From: Rhodobiaceae bacterium
Lineage (GTDB): Bacteria; Pseudomonadota; Alphaproteobacteria; Rhizobiales; TMED25
Length of the DNA stretch: 64,000 nucleotides
NCBI GenBank assembly: GCA_018651345.1
Contig: JABIEF010000074.1
Location: 19,934 to 83,933, forward strand
Reading direction: 5' to 3'
Part shown: positions 17,667 through 28,884 of the stretch, in pieces
Numbering within the stretch: the stretch's first letter is position 1
Layout: the number at the start of each line of letters is the position of its first letter
Notes under the pieces: generated by a model
Seen by the model: only the letters and a program-made list of their open reading frames with translations
Databases searched by the model: none
What the model was told of the DNA's origin: nothing
Program-made: the position numbers and the translations under genes

Positions 17667-18197
17667 ATGAAAATAGAGCGGCTTTTTAAAGAAATTGGAT
17701 TAGGTGAAGTCAATACAGAGAGTATTAATGAGAAATTTTTGATAGACAGAAATGGAAAATGGTTTTTTGAAGGATCTGAGATTAAAAGACAACCTATGAT
17801 TAATTTATTTTCAAGGTTTTTAAAGCTAGAGGCTGATCAAAAATATTATATAATTACTCCGTATGAGAAGGTGCTGGTAAAGGTAATAGACGTTCCATTC
17901 GTTATCAAATCAATAAAGGCTGTTGGTGCTGGAAAAAATCAATTGCTCACTGTCATAACAAATGTTGATCATGAAATTATTGTGGGGAAGAAATATCCTA
18001 TAAGGTTTGCTATTAATCCTACAAATAATGGGGTTACCCCTTATGTTAAAGTAAAAGATAATTTAGAAGCAGTATTCTCTAGAATGCAAACACTAGAAAT
18101 AATTGACTTATGTATAAATTTCAAAAAATCCTCTGAAAATACTATGGGTTTATGGAGTGATAATTTTTTTGTTGCATTGGAAGCTGATAATTTTTAA
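17667..18197 (+). CDS. DUF1285-family protein
   Basis: 176 aa. IDRNGKWFFEGSEIKRQPMINLFSRFL....YYIITPYEKV matches the DUF1285 signature as I recall it. The family is usually next to a CoA pyrophosphatase in alphaproteobacteria, as here. Confidence 0.65.
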   Translation: MKIERLFKEIGLGEVNTESINEKFLIDRNGKWFFEGSEIKRQPMINLFSRFLKLEADQKYYIITPYEKVLVKVIDVPFVIKSIKAVGAGKNQLLTVITNVDHEIIVGKKYPIRFAINPTNNGVTPYVKVKDNLEAVFSRMQTLEIIDLCINFKKSSENTMGLWSDNFFVALEADNF

Positions 18198-18202
18198 TTG
18201 AT

Positions 18203-18844
18203 GTGTTTTTCATAATGAATAAATTAACAAATATTATTGATGAATCTTTAAAAGATAAATTAAATAAAAATCCACCTATTTTTAATTCTATTTTTGAAAA
18301 TAGAAATAAACTAATAACGAGTAAATTGAATACCGAATATAATGGCAGAATATTTAAACATTCGGCCATTCTGTTAATTTTAAAAAAGATTAATGGCAGC
18401 TATCATATAATACTTACTGTTCGTTCGGATCAAATGCCTAGCCACGCAGGACAAATTTCTTTTCCTGGAGGTAAAGTTGATCTGAAGGATAAGACGTTAA
18501 CTGACACAGCCATTAGAGAAGCTAATGAGGAGATTGGAATTCAGAATCATGAACTAGAGATAATGGGGTACCTTGATATTTGTATGACAGGCACAGATTA
18601 TCTAATAGCACCTGTTATTGCTTTATCAAGCAATAAATTTGAACCAGTTATTGATAAAAGAGAGGTTAATTCTCTCTTTACAATACCCTTATCTTTTATA
18701 AATAATGTAAATAATCTTGAATTACATACCAAAATATTTAATGGTGTTAAGAGAAATTTTTTTGTCTATAATTATATGAATTATTTTATATGGGGCGCGA
18801 CTGCAAGAATTTTAAAAGATTTCAACGAAAAGGTTTTGACTTAA
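18203..18844 (+). CDS. NUDIX hydrolase (CoA pyrophosphatase-like)
   Basis: 213 aa. Nudix box region FPGGKVDLKDKTLTDTAIREANEEIGI. Confidence 0.75.
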   Translation: MFFIMNKLTNIIDESLKDKLNKNPPIFNSIFENRNKLITSKLNTEYNGRIFKHSAILLILKKINGSYHIILTVRSDQMPSHAGQISFPGGKVDLKDKTLTDTAIREANEEIGIQNHELEIMGYLDICMTGTDYLIAPVIALSSNKFEPVIDKREVNSLFTIPLSFINNVNNLELHTKIFNGVKRNFFVYNYMNYFIWGATARILKDFNEKVLT

Positions 18845-19116
18845 TGTTTAAAATTATAATTTTACATTTTTTATTAGCATTTCTTCCCTTGTTTATCTAC
18901 ACGATCTATTTGTATTTAAAATACCAAAATATCAATATCAATAAATTTGATAAAAAAATAACTTATATAGTTATTGTTATGGGGATGCTCTTAGCAATTA
19001 TACTTTTTTATACAACAGCATTGTTGTATGGATCGGATGCAAATAGTACCTACACTCCGCCATACACCATAAACGGAACAATTATTTCCGGAGAAGTTAA
19101 TGAACCTAATAATTAG
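18844..19116 (+). CDS. small two-TM membrane protein, function unknown
   Basis: I prefer the ATG at 18844, which overlaps the Nudix stop as TAATG, over the track start at 18790. Hydrophobic segments IIILHFLLAFLPLFIYTIYLY and IVIVMGMLLAIILFYTTALL. Confidence 0.5.
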   Translation: MFKIIILHFLLAFLPLFIYTIYLYLKYQNININKFDKKITYIVIVMGMLLAIILFYTTALLYGSDANSTYTPPYTINGTIISGEVNEPNN

Positions 19117-19146
19117 TTTTATTGATTACAATACTCTATTAGAGCT

Positions 19147-20412
19147 ATGAATAATTTAAATAAGTATGAAATAGAAATACCAAGTAACATTAGTTTTGAT
19201 AGTTTATATGATATTGAATTAGTCAAAATTATGAATATAATTACTGTTGCTGGTTATAAGGTATGGATAGTAGGCGGTGCAGTGAGAAATGTATTGCTAG
19301 GAATATCTGTTAAAGATGTTGATGTAGCGACTGATATAAAACCAGATATATTAGGAAAAATTTTATCAGAACATAATATTAAATTTGTACCAACCGGAAT
19401 AGAACATGGGACTATAACGGTTATTTTAAATAATAAAATATTTGAAGTAACTACGCTCCGAAAAGATCTGTTAACTGATGGCAGAAGAGCTAAGGTATCA
19501 TTTTTAGATGACATATACATTGATGCAAAAAGAAGAGATTTTACAATTAACGCATTATATTTATCTTCCGAAGGGAGGTTATATGATCCTTTGAATTCTT
19601 ATAAACATATTCTCGAAAAAAAATTATGCTTTATAGGGAATCCTGAAAATAGAATAAAAGAAGATGCGTTAAGAATATTAAGATTTTTTAGAATAAATTC
19701 TCAACTGGAATTTCGTATTATTGAGCAGGAAAGTTTGAATGCATGTGTAAAAAACAAAGATCTATTAAATAAATTATCCAGTGAACGTATTCAAAAGGAG
19801 ATTATTTTCCTTTTAAATACAAATAATCCAATAACAATTCTTAGAATTATGATCAGAAACGGTATTTGTAATGTACTCGATTTGGATTTTACTAATTTAA
19901 ATTATTTATCAAGATTCTTAGATATAGAGAAAGAGCTAGAACTTAATATTAATACTTTTTTTAGGTTGTATGTATTACTTGGAAAAACAGAAGATAAGAA
20001 ATCTTTATCAGAGAAAGTTAAGGTATTAAAATTATCGAATGATAAAAAAAAATATTTATTAAGTCTAGTTCAAGGAAAACTATTTTCATTAGACATTAAT
20101 AATTTAGATTTAAAAAAAATAATTTACAATAGGGGAAAAGGTTTAGCACTCGATACATTGTTATTGGGATGGATTTTTGATAATAAAAAAACAAATAATC
20201 TTCTCTGGAAAGATCTTTATTTTAAAGTTTGTAGAATAATAATTCCAGATTTTCCAATACACGGCAGTGATTTAATTGAGGTTGGTTTTTTGCCTGGAAA
20301 ATATTTAGGTGAAGTTTTGTCTAATTTAGAAAATTATTGGATAAATAAAAATTTTGAGCCAACTAAAGATAATTTATTGAAAGAGGCTACTAAATATTCT
20401 AAGGCCACTTAA
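19147..20412 (+). CDS. cca: CCA-adding tRNA nucleotidyltransferase / poly(A) polymerase family protein
   Basis: 421 aa. Head domain GGAVRN.LLG....DVDVAT, RRDFTINALY and EDALRILRFFR. Confidence 0.8.
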   Translation: MNNLNKYEIEIPSNISFDSLYDIELVKIMNIITVAGYKVWIVGGAVRNVLLGISVKDVDVATDIKPDILGKILSEHNIKFVPTGIEHGTITVILNNKIFEVTTLRKDLLTDGRRAKVSFLDDIYIDAKRRDFTINALYLSSEGRLYDPLNSYKHILEKKLCFIGNPENRIKEDALRILRFFRINSQLEFRIIEQESLNACVKNKDLLNKLSSERIQKEIIFLLNTNNPITILRIMIRNGICNVLDLDFTNLNYLSRFLDIEKELELNINTFFRLYVLLGKTEDKKSLSEKVKVLKLSNDKKKYLLSLVQGKLFSLDINNLDLKKIIYNRGKGLALDTLLLGWIFDNKKTNNLLWKDLYFKVCRIIIPDFPIHGSDLIEVGFLPGKYLGEVLSNLENYWINKNFEPTKDNLLKEATKYSKAT

Positions 20413-21289
20413 CAATAGGGGGTAATGATGAGAGAATTGATTCTACATTGCCACCAGTCGATAAACCAAATTTTGTACCTCTGTCATAAAGTAAATTGAA
20501 TTCCACATAACGGCCACGTCTGATTAATTGTTCTTCTCTATTTTCCTCTGTCCATTCTTTTTCATAATTATTAAAAACTATCTTTGGGTATACGTCTATA
20601 AGATTGTTACCAACGGATTTAATAAATAGAAAATCAGAATCAATATTGTTAGAACATAAATTATCAAAAAATATACCTCCAACGCCACGAATTTCATTTC
20701 TATGTTTTAAATAAAAATATTCATCACACCACTTTTTAAATTTACCATAATCGGCAATTTTATGTTTATGGCATGATTTTTCCATAGCCTCATGAAATTC
20801 AATAGTATCTTGATCTTCTTGTGTTCTTCTAATTTCTAGAACAGGAGTCAAATCTGCCCCGCCACCAAACCAATATTTGTCCGTCATAACCATTCTTGTA
20901 TTAAAATGGACAGCTGGAATGTGAGGATTCTTTGGGTGTGCTATAACTGATATACCTGTCGCCCAAAACTTTCCATTTAATATTTTAGAATTTTCATCTG
21001 AAGTAACGTTTTTAGGAGAATCTCCATATACAGTTGATATATGTACGCCAACTTTTTCAAAAACTCTACCGCTCATAATGCTAGTTAGACCACCTCCGCC
21101 TCCAAGCCTTTTCCATTTTTTTTGGATAAATTTTCCAGGCTTATCATCCTTATAAAGGTGTCCAGATTTATCCTCAATTTCTTCAAAAATTAAACAAAGT
21201 CTATCTCTTAGTTTCTTAAAAAAAACTTCAGTGTTATGTCGCTGTTGTTCTGTTTTTTTTAATAAGTCTTCGTGATATTGATTTACCAT
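20399..21289 (-). CDS. hemF: oxygen-dependent coproporphyrinogen III oxidase
   Basis: 296 aa. GGGGLTSIM.GRVFEK.GV, NPHIPAVHFNTR, WFGGGADLTP, RGVGGIFFD and RRGRYVEFNL.YDRGT.FGL. Confidence 0.9.
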   Translation of the reverse strand: MVNQYHEDLLKKTEQQRHNTEVFFKKLRDRLCLIFEEIEDKSGHLYKDDKPGKFIQKKWKRLGGGGGLTSIMSGRVFEKVGVHISTVYGDSPKNVTSDENSKILNGKFWATGISVIAHPKNPHIPAVHFNTRMVMTDKYWFGGGADLTPVLEIRRTQEDQDTIEFHEAMEKSCHKHKIADYGKFKKWCDEYFYLKHRNEIRGVGGIFFDNLCSNNIDSDFLFIKSVGNNLIDVYPKIVFNNYEKEWTEENREEQLIRRGRYVEFNLLYDRGTKFGLSTGGNVESILSSLPPIVKWP

Positions 21290-21301
21290 TTTATTTTTCG
21301 C

Positions 21302-21784
21302 TTATCTTAAAATATTTATTTGTCTTAAGGCTTCACTAGTAATTATCGCACTTGCAATTGCAACATTAAGTGACCTTAATCCTTTTTTCATGGGTATGGT
21401 TATTCTTTTCTGACATATGTGATGTACATGATCAGGTACACCCTGGCTTTCGCGACCCATAATCAGCATATCATTTGCATCAAAGCTATACTCAAGATAA
21501 GAGTGATCAGTTTTTGTTGTAGCTAAAACAAGATTTTTTGAATGATCCTTAGACCATTCTAAAAATGCGTTCCAAGATATATGCCTTTTAAATTGTAGCT
21601 CTTCTATGTAATCCATCCCACTTCTTTTTAACGACACGTCATCGCTTCTAAATCCACATGGTTCAATAATATGCAAATCTAAGCCAAAACAGGATGCAAG
21701 TCTCATGATTGTACCAGTATTCTGTGGAATGTCAGGCTGATAGAGCGCTATTGAAAAGACATCCTTGATTTTAATTTGTTTCAT
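21302..21784 (-). CDS. trmL: SpoU/TrmL-type tRNA 2'-O-methyltransferase
   Basis: 160 aa. IALYQPDIPQNTGTIMRL, LIMGRESQG and SLNVAIASAI (SPOUT knot motifs). Confidence 0.8.
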   Translation of the reverse strand: MKQIKIKDVFSIALYQPDIPQNTGTIMRLASCFGLDLHIIEPCGFRSDDVSLKRSGMDYIEELQFKRHISWNAFLEWSKDHSKNLVLATTKTDHSYLEYSFDANDMLIMGRESQGVPDHVHHICQKRITIPMKKGLRSLNVAIASAIITSEALRQINILR

Positions 21785-21969
21785 CTTTAATAGTTCTTTA
21801 ATAAATATTAATTTAAAACTATGTTTTAATCCAATCAGACGAGAATGTGTTAAAAAAATTTAAAAATAATGTATATTAAGTTGTAAAAATATTCTATCAA
21901 TATATATATATTATATACTTAAGTCAGTATCAGTTGGAGATAATATTTTCTTTTTTATGAGGTAAAAAA

Positions 21970-22545
21970 TTGTCAGATAAAGAAACAAAAGAAACAAATA
22001 GAAGAGATTTTATATTTCTTGCAACTGGTGCAGTTGCAGCTGTTGGAGTTGCATCTGCAGCATGGCCGCTAATTCATCAAATGAATCCTGATTCAACGGC
22101 ATTAGCTTTATCAACGATAGAGGTTGATGTAAGTGGCATGGAAGTCGGTCAGTCCATTACTGTAAAATGGAGAGGAAAGCCAGTTTTTATTAGAAGAAGA
22201 ACTCGTGATGAAATCGATCTTGCTAGAAGCGTTTCTTTAGATGATCTACCTGATGGGCTTGCTCGTAATAATAATGCTACAAACACAGCAACAGCTACCG
22301 ATGAAAATCGGTCTATAGAAGGCAAAGAAGAGTGGCTTGTTATGCTTGGAGTTTGTACGCATTTAGGTTGTGTGCCGAAAGGGCAGTCAATTGGAGATGC
22401 GCGTGGAGATTATGGAGGATGGTACTGTCCTTGTCATGGTTCACATTATGATACCGCAGGAAGGATCAGAAAAGGACCAGCCCCAACAAATCTTGATATA
22501 CCACCTGCTATTTTCTTGAATGATAGTGTTATTAAAATTGGTTAA
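21970..22545 (+). CDS. petA: ubiquinol-cytochrome c reductase Rieske iron-sulfur subunit
   Basis: 191 aa. Twin-arginine-like NRRDFI, and Rieske boxes CTHLGCVP and [12 protein letters not shown] start with GAGG 8 nt upstream. Confidence 0.92.
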   Translation: MSDKETKETNRRDFIFLATGAVAAVGVASAAWPLIHQMNPDSTALALSTIEVDVSGMEVGQSITVKWRGKPVFIRRRTRDEIDLARSVSLDDLPDGLARNNNATNTATATDENRSIEGKEEWLVMLGVCTHLGCVPKGQSIGDARGDYGGWYCPCHGSHYDTAGRIRKGPAPTNLDIPPAIFLNDSVIKIG

Positions 22546-22562
22546 AATGTGAGAATTAAAAC

Positions 22563-23834
22563 ATGAGTAAAATATCTACATATGGAAAGAAGTATGAGCC
22601 TAAATCCGGTGTATCCCGTTGGTTTGATGAGAGGCTTCCTTTACCTAGGTTAATGCATAACAGTGTGAATGCCTTTCCAACTCCTAGGAATTTAAATTAC
22701 TGGTATACATTCGGTGGAGTTCTTACTTTTTGTTTAATCACGCAGATAATCACAGGCGTTGTGCTCTCAATGCATTATACGGCGAACTCAGAGTTAGCTT
22801 TTGGTTCTGTAGAGCATATTATGAGAAATGTGAACTACGGCTGGCTAATTCGATATATTCATGCAGTTGGGGCATCAATGTTCTTTTTAGCTGTATACGT
22901 TCATATATTTAGAGGTCTTTATTATGGATCCTATAAAGCCCCAAGGGAACTTTTATGGATATTGGGTGTAGTTATTTACCTGCTGATGACAGCAACTGCA
23001 TTTATGGGTTATGTTCTGCCATGGGGACAAATGAGTTTTTGGGGTGCAACGGTAATAACCAATTTATTTTCTGCCATCCCAGTTGTCGGAGGTACGATTA
23101 CTGAATGGTTATGGGGTGGTTTTGCAGTCGATAATTCGACTTTAAATAGATTTTTTAGTTTACATTATTTATTACCGTTTATGATTTTTGGTGTGGTTAT
23201 ATTACATATCTGGTCCTTACATGTAACGGGGAACAATAATCCTACAGGAATAAGCGTAAAAGATGAACAAGATACAATTCCATTTAGTCCATACTATACA
23301 GTAAAGGATGCTTTCGCATTAGTATGTTTTTTGATATTATTTGCATGGTTTATATTTTATAACCCTAATATATTAGGTCATTCAGACAACTACATTGAAG
23401 CAAACCCGTTGTCGACTCCTGCACACATTGTGCCGGAATGGTACTTGTTACCTTTTTACGCGATATTAAGGGCTATTCCATCTAAAATAGGTGGTGTAAT
23501 ATTTATGTTTTCAGCTATAGCTATATTATTTTTACTACCATGGCTTGACACATCTAAAATTAGGTCGGCTACATTCAGACCTTTATACAGACAGTTTTAC
23601 TGGATATTTTTAGCAAATTGCTTGGTTCTAGGTTATTTAGGATCTCAAAATCCTGAAGGTGGATATTTGATAGCTTCAAGAATTTGTACGGCTTATTACT
23701 TTATTCATTTTTTAGTTGTTTTTCCTTTACTAGGTATAATAGAGACACCAAAACCTTTGCCAGAAAGCATTACAAAATCTGTTCTTGAAAAAATAAAGTC
23801 AAAAGCAAATGAAGAAAATAAACAGGAAGTGTGA
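22563..23834 (+). CDS. petB: cytochrome b
   Basis: 423 aa. [34 protein letters not shown] and [16 protein letters not shown]. Confidence 0.93.
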   Translation: MSKISTYGKKYEPKSGVSRWFDERLPLPRLMHNSVNAFPTPRNLNYWYTFGGVLTFCLITQIITGVVLSMHYTANSELAFGSVEHIMRNVNYGWLIRYIHAVGASMFFLAVYVHIFRGLYYGSYKAPRELLWILGVVIYLLMTATAFMGYVLPWGQMSFWGATVITNLFSAIPVVGGTITEWLWGGFAVDNSTLNRFFSLHYLLPFMIFGVVILHIWSLHVTGNNNPTGISVKDEQDTIPFSPYYTVKDAFALVCFLILFAWFIFYNPNILGHSDNYIEANPLSTPAHIVPEWYLLPFYAILRAIPSKIGGVIFMFSAIAILFLLPWLDTSKIRSATFRPLYRQFYWIFLANCLVLGYLGSQNPEGGYLIASRICTAYYFIHFLVVFPLLGIIETPKPLPESITKSVLEKIKSKANEENKQEV

Positions 23835-24706
23835 GCTGTAATATGTGCAAATCAATTAATTTAAGTAAAATAAGACAATTAATTTTATCGTTATTAGGCA
23901 TTTTTTTCTTAATCACTTCCTCAAGTACTTTCTCCATTGCTGCTGGAGAAGGTGTATCTAAAGTTAAAGAGCAAGATTGGACTTTCTCTGGCGTGTTTGG
24001 ATATTATGATCGTGGAGCGTTGCAAAGAGGCTTTCAAGTTTATAAAGAAGTATGCTCATCATGCCACTCCATGAAGTATGTTTACTATAGGAATTTAAGT
24101 GAGCCAGGAGGTCCGGGGTTTTCTGTAGATGAAGCTAAGGCAATTGCAGCAGAATTTACTGTTGTTGATGGACCAGATGCTAGTGGAGATATGTTTGAGA
24201 GAAATGCTGTGCCTAGCGATAAATTTGTATCTCCATATGATAATGATGCCATGGCTCGTATGAGCAATGGAGGTGCTTTGCCCCCTGATTTAAGTCTTAT
24301 TGCTAAAGCTAGGTCTACTGAAAGAGGTTTCCCTCTTTGGATTATTGATTTGTTTACAGGATATCAAGAGCAGGGTGTTGATTATGTTTATGCTTTGTTA
24401 AATGGTTATAAAGATATGCCTAGTGATTTTCCTCTCCAGGATGGAATGAATTATAATAAATATTATCCTGGCAATCAAATTGCAATGTATAACCCTTTAA
24501 GCTCGGATTTAGTTGAATATGCTGATGGAACAGAAGCAACTGTTGAAAATATGTCCAAGGATGTCGCTACATTTTTAATGTGGACCGCTGAGCCAAAATT
24601 AGAGGCAAGGAAGAAAATGGGCTTTAAAGTTATTATTTTCTTATCTCTTTTGGCAGGATTATTATATTTTTCAAAGAAAAAAATATGGGCGCGTTTAGAT
24701 CATTAA
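23831..24706 (+). CDS. petC: cytochrome c1
   Basis: 291 aa. Signal-like N-terminus, heme site CSSCHS, PPDLSLI and a C-terminal membrane anchor. The track start (GTG 23831) overlaps the petB stop. The ATG at 23843 is an alternative start. Confidence 0.9.
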   Translation: MSCNMCKSINLSKIRQLILSLLGIFFLITSSSTFSIAAGEGVSKVKEQDWTFSGVFGYYDRGALQRGFQVYKEVCSSCHSMKYVYYRNLSEPGGPGFSVDEAKAIAAEFTVVDGPDASGDMFERNAVPSDKFVSPYDNDAMARMSNGGALPPDLSLIAKARSTERGFPLWIIDLFTGYQEQGVDYVYALLNGYKDMPSDFPLQDGMNYNKYYPGNQIAMYNPLSSDLVEYADGTEATVENMSKDVATFLMWTAEPKLEARKKMGFKVIIFLSLLAGLLYFSKKKIWARLDH

Positions 24707-24755
24707 TATATTAGTATTTTGTGTGTAATTTTTCTTAAGCAATAGGCTAAATTTT

Positions 24756-25307
24756 ATGTTTTCAAAACAAAAATCAGAAGAAAATATTGGCCACTTAAAA
24801 AATCTTATAAGATCCATTGATGATTATCCTAAAGTAGGGATAGTGTATAGAGACATAACCACTATCATTAAAGATAAATTAGCCTTTCAGTTGCTCATTG
24901 ATATGTTAGCGGAAGATATTAATACTGAAGATATTGATGTTGTGGTAGGCATAGAAGCAAGGGGATTTATAATTGGTTCTGCAATTGCGTATAAAATAAA
25001 AAAAGGCTTTGTACCAATTAGAAAAAAAAATAAATTACCATCTAAAAAAATTCTTGAAGATTATGAATTAGAGTATGGCATTGATACTCTAGAAATTCAT
25101 ACTGACTCAATAATCAGAGGACAGAGAATTTTATTAATTGATGATTTATTGGCGACAGGTGGAACAACAGTAGCTGCCGTAAAACTCATTAGTAGGCTTG
25201 GCGGGGATATAAAAATTATTTCTTATATTATCGAATTATTACAATTAGATGGAAGAAAATTAGCAACAACATACTGTAAGGATATAAGAGCGCTAATTCA
25301 GTATTAA
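24756..25307 (+). CDS. apt: adenine phosphoribosyltransferase
   Basis: 183 aa. DYPKVGIVYRDIT, GIEARGF and PRPP motif ILLIDDLLATGGT. Confidence 0.9.
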   Translation: MFSKQKSEENIGHLKNLIRSIDDYPKVGIVYRDITTIIKDKLAFQLLIDMLAEDINTEDIDVVVGIEARGFIIGSAIAYKIKKGFVPIRKKNKLPSKKILEDYELEYGIDTLEIHTDSIIRGQRILLIDDLLATGGTTVAAVKLISRLGGDIKIISYIIELLQLDGRKLATTYCKDIRALIQY

Positions 25308-26401
25308 TTAGAAAATCTAAAATGCATTATATCACCATCTTTTACAATATATTCTTTTCCTTCAAGTCTCATTTTTCCTGATTCACGAGCACCTAGCTCT
25401 CCGTTGAATGAAATAAAATCATCATAGGATATTGTTTCTGCTCTTATGAAACCCTTTTCAAAGTCAGTGTGTATTGCCCCTGCAGCCTTCGGTGCAGCTG
25501 TTTTATTTGGAATTGTCCAAGCTCTTGTTTCCTGTTCTCCTGATGTGAAATAAGTAATTAAATCAAGTTGGGAATACCCTGCTTTGATTAATCTATTTAA
25601 TCCAGCCTCATTTAAACCCATACTTTCCAGATATTCCTTTTTTTCATCTTCAGCTAACAGAGAAATTTCTGCCTCTATGGCAGCGCTTATTATAACAACC
25701 TCCACCTGATTATCTTTTCCATATGCAATTACTCTATCAGAGAGTATATTGCCTGTTATTGTTGATTCCTCTTCAACATTACAAATATATAAAAGAGGTT
25801 TGGATGTTAATAAATTAAATTCTTTATATACAGGCAGTAAATCCGTTGATACGACCATGCTTCTTGCTGGCCAACCATTGTTAAGAAAATCAAGTAGTTC
25901 TTTTATGAAATCAAATATAATGACTGCGTCTTTATCCGATGATCTTAATTTCTTTTCAAGAGAAGTTGCTCTATTTTCAAGGTTTTGTATATCTGCTAAT
26001 AATAATTCAGTTTCTATGATTTCAATATCTGATAATGGATCAAGTTTTCCCTCTACATGAGTTATATCATCATCCTCAAAGCATCTGATAACATGTGCTA
26101 TTGCATCGGTTTCTCTAATATTTGATAAGAATTTGTTTCCAAGACCTTCGCCTTTAGAGGCTCCTTTGACAAGACCAGCAATATCAACAAAGTTAATCTT
26201 TGAGGGAATAATATTTTTAGATTTTGAGATTCTAGATAATTCTGTTAACCGTGAATCAGGTACCGTTACCTCTCCAATATTTGGCTCAATGGTACAGAAA
26301 GGATAGTTTGCAGCTTGAGCATTAGCTGTTTGTGTTAGAGCATTAAAAAGTGTTGATTTCCCTACATTAGGCAAGCCAATTATGCCACATTTAAAACCCA
26401 T
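25304..26401 (-). CDS. ychF: redox-regulated ribosome-binding ATPase YchF
   Basis: 365 aa. G1 GLPNVGKST, FCTIEPN, DIAGLV.GAS.GEGLGN.FL and a C-terminal TGS domain (WTI..G..A..AAG.IH.DF..GFI.AE). Confidence 0.93.
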   Translation of the reverse strand: MGFKCGIIGLPNVGKSTLFNALTQTANAQAANYPFCTIEPNIGEVTVPDSRLTELSRISKSKNIIPSKINFVDIAGLVKGASKGEGLGNKFLSNIRETDAIAHVIRCFEDDDITHVEGKLDPLSDIEIIETELLLADIQNLENRATSLEKKLRSSDKDAVIIFDFIKELLDFLNNGWPARSMVVSTDLLPVYKEFNLLTSKPLLYICNVEEESTITGNILSDRVIAYGKDNQVEVVIISAAIEAEISLLAEDEKKEYLESMGLNEAGLNRLIKAGYSQLDLITYFTSGEQETRAWTIPNKTAAPKAAGAIHTDFEKGFIRAETISYDDFISFNGELGARESGKMRLEGKEYIVKDGDIMHFRFSN

Positions 26402-26406
26402 TATGT

Positions 26407-27024
26407 CTACTCATCTTTATTTTTCAGTATATTTTTAATTTTTGCAAATATATTTATTTTTTTAATTGTATTCAAATTTTCTGTAATTTTATTATCTTCT
26501 TTTTTAAATATAAAATTATCAATATCTTCAATAATTTCATTTAATTTAGTATTCACAATATTTAATTCATCTTGGTCAAAATTGCTTAATACATAATTGC
26601 TAACTAGTTTTCTATCTCCTGGATGATCTATACCTATTCGTATTCTTATAAAGTCTTTTCCTACATAATTTATTATTGATTTTAATCCATTATGTCCTGC
26701 GCTACCACCGCCTATTTTAAATTTTATACGACCAATAGGGATGTCTAATTCATCATGAAATACGTAAATATTATTAATATCTATCTTATAAAATTTTTTA
26801 GCTGCTTGGACCGACACACCAGAGTTATTCATATAGGTTTGTGGTTGTAATAATATAACTTTTTCCCCGCAGACTATACCTTCTTGTATTAAACCTTTGA
26901 AAGCTTTTTTTTTGCTGCTTAGTTTATAATATTCTGCAATTTTATCGGTTGCTATGAAACCTATATTATGTCTATTTTTGAAATATTTTTGTTCGGGATT
27001 ACCTAAACCAACTAATAATTTCAT
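26407..27024 (-). CDS. pth: peptidyl-tRNA hydrolase
   Basis: 205 aa. LLVGLGNPEQKY...RHNIGF, MNNSG and GGSAGHNGLKSI. Confidence 0.9.
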   Translation of the reverse strand: MKLLVGLGNPEQKYFKNRHNIGFIATDKIAEYYKLSSKKKAFKGLIQEGIVCGEKVILLQPQTYMNNSGVSVQAAKKFYKIDINNIYVFHDELDIPIGRIKFKIGGGSAGHNGLKSIINYVGKDFIRIRIGIDHPGDRKLVSNYVLSNFDQDELNIVNTKLNEIIEDIDNFIFKKEDNKITENLNTIKKINIFAKIKNILKNKDE

Positions 27025-27043
27025 AATAAATTCTTACAGAGAA

Positions 27044-27694
27044 TTAGCTATCTTCTTCGCTACTAGAAACTTCGTCTTCAGAATCAGCTGATTCATCTCC
27101 TTTTTCGTCATCTTGATTTTCAGTTAAGCCAGCAGGTGCGGCAATAGTTGCTATAGTAAAATCTCTATCTGTTATTACAGGAGTTACTCCGTCAGGTAAT
27201 TTTATAGCTGAAATATGAATAGAATCGCCCATCTCTGCATTTGATAGATCAACACTAAGGCTATCAGGGATCTGATCGGATGGACATTCACATTCTACTG
27301 AGTGTCTTACTATATTCAATACGCCACCTTTTTTAATACCTGGAGATATATTTTCATTAGAGAAAATAACACTAACTTCTACCGTTACTTTTGAATCTTT
27401 TGACAAAAGAAGAAAGTCAACATGCATAGGTGAATCTTTCACCGGGTGTAATTGAATATCTTTTGGTATTACCCTTGTTTTTTTACCGTCTATATTAATG
27501 TCATACAATGAAGAGAGAAATCTTCCCGTTTGATATAAACGTGCAATAATTTTTGTTTCTACCATTATTGTCTGAGGAGTCGATCCTTCGCCATATATTA
27601 TTGCAGGAGTTTGACCTGTTCTTCTTGTTGCCCTTGCACTTCCAGTTCCAGTTAATGGTCGAGTATTTGCAATTAATTCTTGAATGTCTGACAT
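27044..27694 (-). CDS. rplY: 50S ribosomal protein L25 / general stress protein Ctc form
   Basis: GTGSARATRRTGQTPAIIYG and a two-domain Ctc layout. I prefer the ATG at 27694 (MSDIQEL) over the track's TTG at 27709. It ends in an acidic Ser/Asp/Glu tail. Confidence 0.87.
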   Translation of the reverse strand: MSDIQELIANTRPLTGTGSARATRRTGQTPAIIYGEGSTPQTIMVETKIIARLYQTGRFLSSLYDINIDGKKTRVIPKDIQLHPVKDSPMHVDFLLLSKDSKVTVEVSVIFSNENISPGIKKGGVLNIVRHSVECECPSDQIPDSLSVDLSNAEMGDSIHISAIKLPDGVTPVITDRDFTIATIAAPAGLTENQDDEKGDESADSEDEVSSSEEDS

Positions 27695-27820
27695 AATTTT
27701 GTATTCCAATATTTTATAATTTTTATGTATTCTTTATATTTATATATGGCTTATAACCCTGCTTTATAAATATAACAATCTATAATTAACGTAAATTGAA
27801 AAAAAATAGACTAATATATT

Positions 27821-28780
27821 CTAAATAAATAAACTAGATACAGATTCTTCTCCAGCTGTTCTAGCAATTGCTTCGCCTAATAATTCTGCTACGGACAGTA
27901 TTTTAATATTTGGCGCATGAATAATTTCATCATTAGTTTTGCAAATTGAGTTTGTTATAACAAGACTATTTAATTTTGATTTTACGATTCTTTCCAAGGC
28001 TTGTCCAGAAAGCACTCCATGTGTTATGTAAGCTGAAACATCTGTTGCCCCTTGTTTTATAAGTTCTTCTGCTGCATTACATAACGTGCCACCAGAATCA
28101 ACTATATCATCAACAAGTATACATGACCGTCCTGATACGTCTCCAATAATATTCATCACTTCAGACTGTCCAGGTTTATCTCTTCTTTTATCTACAATTG
28201 CCAGTGGTGCACCACCTATTCTTTCGGCTATTAATCTTGCCCTGACTACCCCACCAACATCCGGTGAAATAACGGTAACATTATTGGTATTAAAATTTTC
28301 TTTTATATCCTTTACCATAACGGGTGCGGCAAATAAATTATCAGTAGGTATATCAAAGAATCCTTGAATCTGTCCTGCATGCAAATCTATTGTTAAAACT
28401 CTGTCAGCTCCAGCATTTGTAATTAAATTAGAAACTAATTTTGCAGATATTGGAGTTCTTCCTGACGATCTTCTATCTTGCCTTGCATAACCAAAGTAGG
28501 GAAGTACAGCAGTTATACGTCTTGCGGAAGATCTTTTAAGAGCATCAATTAGTATCAGAAGTTCCATAAGGTGATCATTTGCAGGGTATGAAGTTGACTG
28601 AACAACAAAAACATCTTCTCCTCTTACGTTCTCTAAGATCTCTACAAAAATTTCCATATCTGCAAATCTTTTTACATTACATTTAGTCAATGGAGTATTT
28701 AAGTATGACGATATTTCTTCTGCTAGCGTTACATTTGAGTTTCCTGCAACGATTTTTATATTTTCTCTACTTGAACTCAT
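27821..28780 (-). CDS. prs: ribose-phosphate pyrophosphokinase
   Basis: 319 aa. [18 protein letters not shown] and PRPP loop [12 protein letters not shown]. Confidence 0.93.
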   Translation of the reverse strand: MSSSRENIKIVAGNSNVTLAEEISSYLNTPLTKCNVKRFADMEIFVEILENVRGEDVFVVQSTSYPANDHLMELLILIDALKRSSARRITAVLPYFGYARQDRRSSGRTPISAKLVSNLITNAGADRVLTIDLHAGQIQGFFDIPTDNLFAAPVMVKDIKENFNTNNVTVISPDVGGVVRARLIAERIGGAPLAIVDKRRDKPGQSEVMNIIGDVSGRSCILVDDIVDSGGTLCNAAEELIKQGATDVSAYITHGVLSGQALERIVKSKLNSLVITNSICKTNDEIIHAPNIKILSVAELLGEAIARTAGEESVSSLFI

Positions 28781-28884
28781 ATTACTGTAATTCCATTATT
28801 ATCGTTATATTTACTAATAATATAGATAATTTATATATCTAAATTATATCTTTAATATAGATATATTCATAATTAAATCCACTA

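Noticed and set aside
28817-28866. AT-rich direct and inverted repeats (AATATAGATA twice, 35 nt apart, with TATATATCTA between them) upstream of prs.
   Set aside because: These are low-complexity AT sequence in a promoter region of an AT-rich genome. The arms are short and imperfect, so they are indistinguishable from chance by eye.
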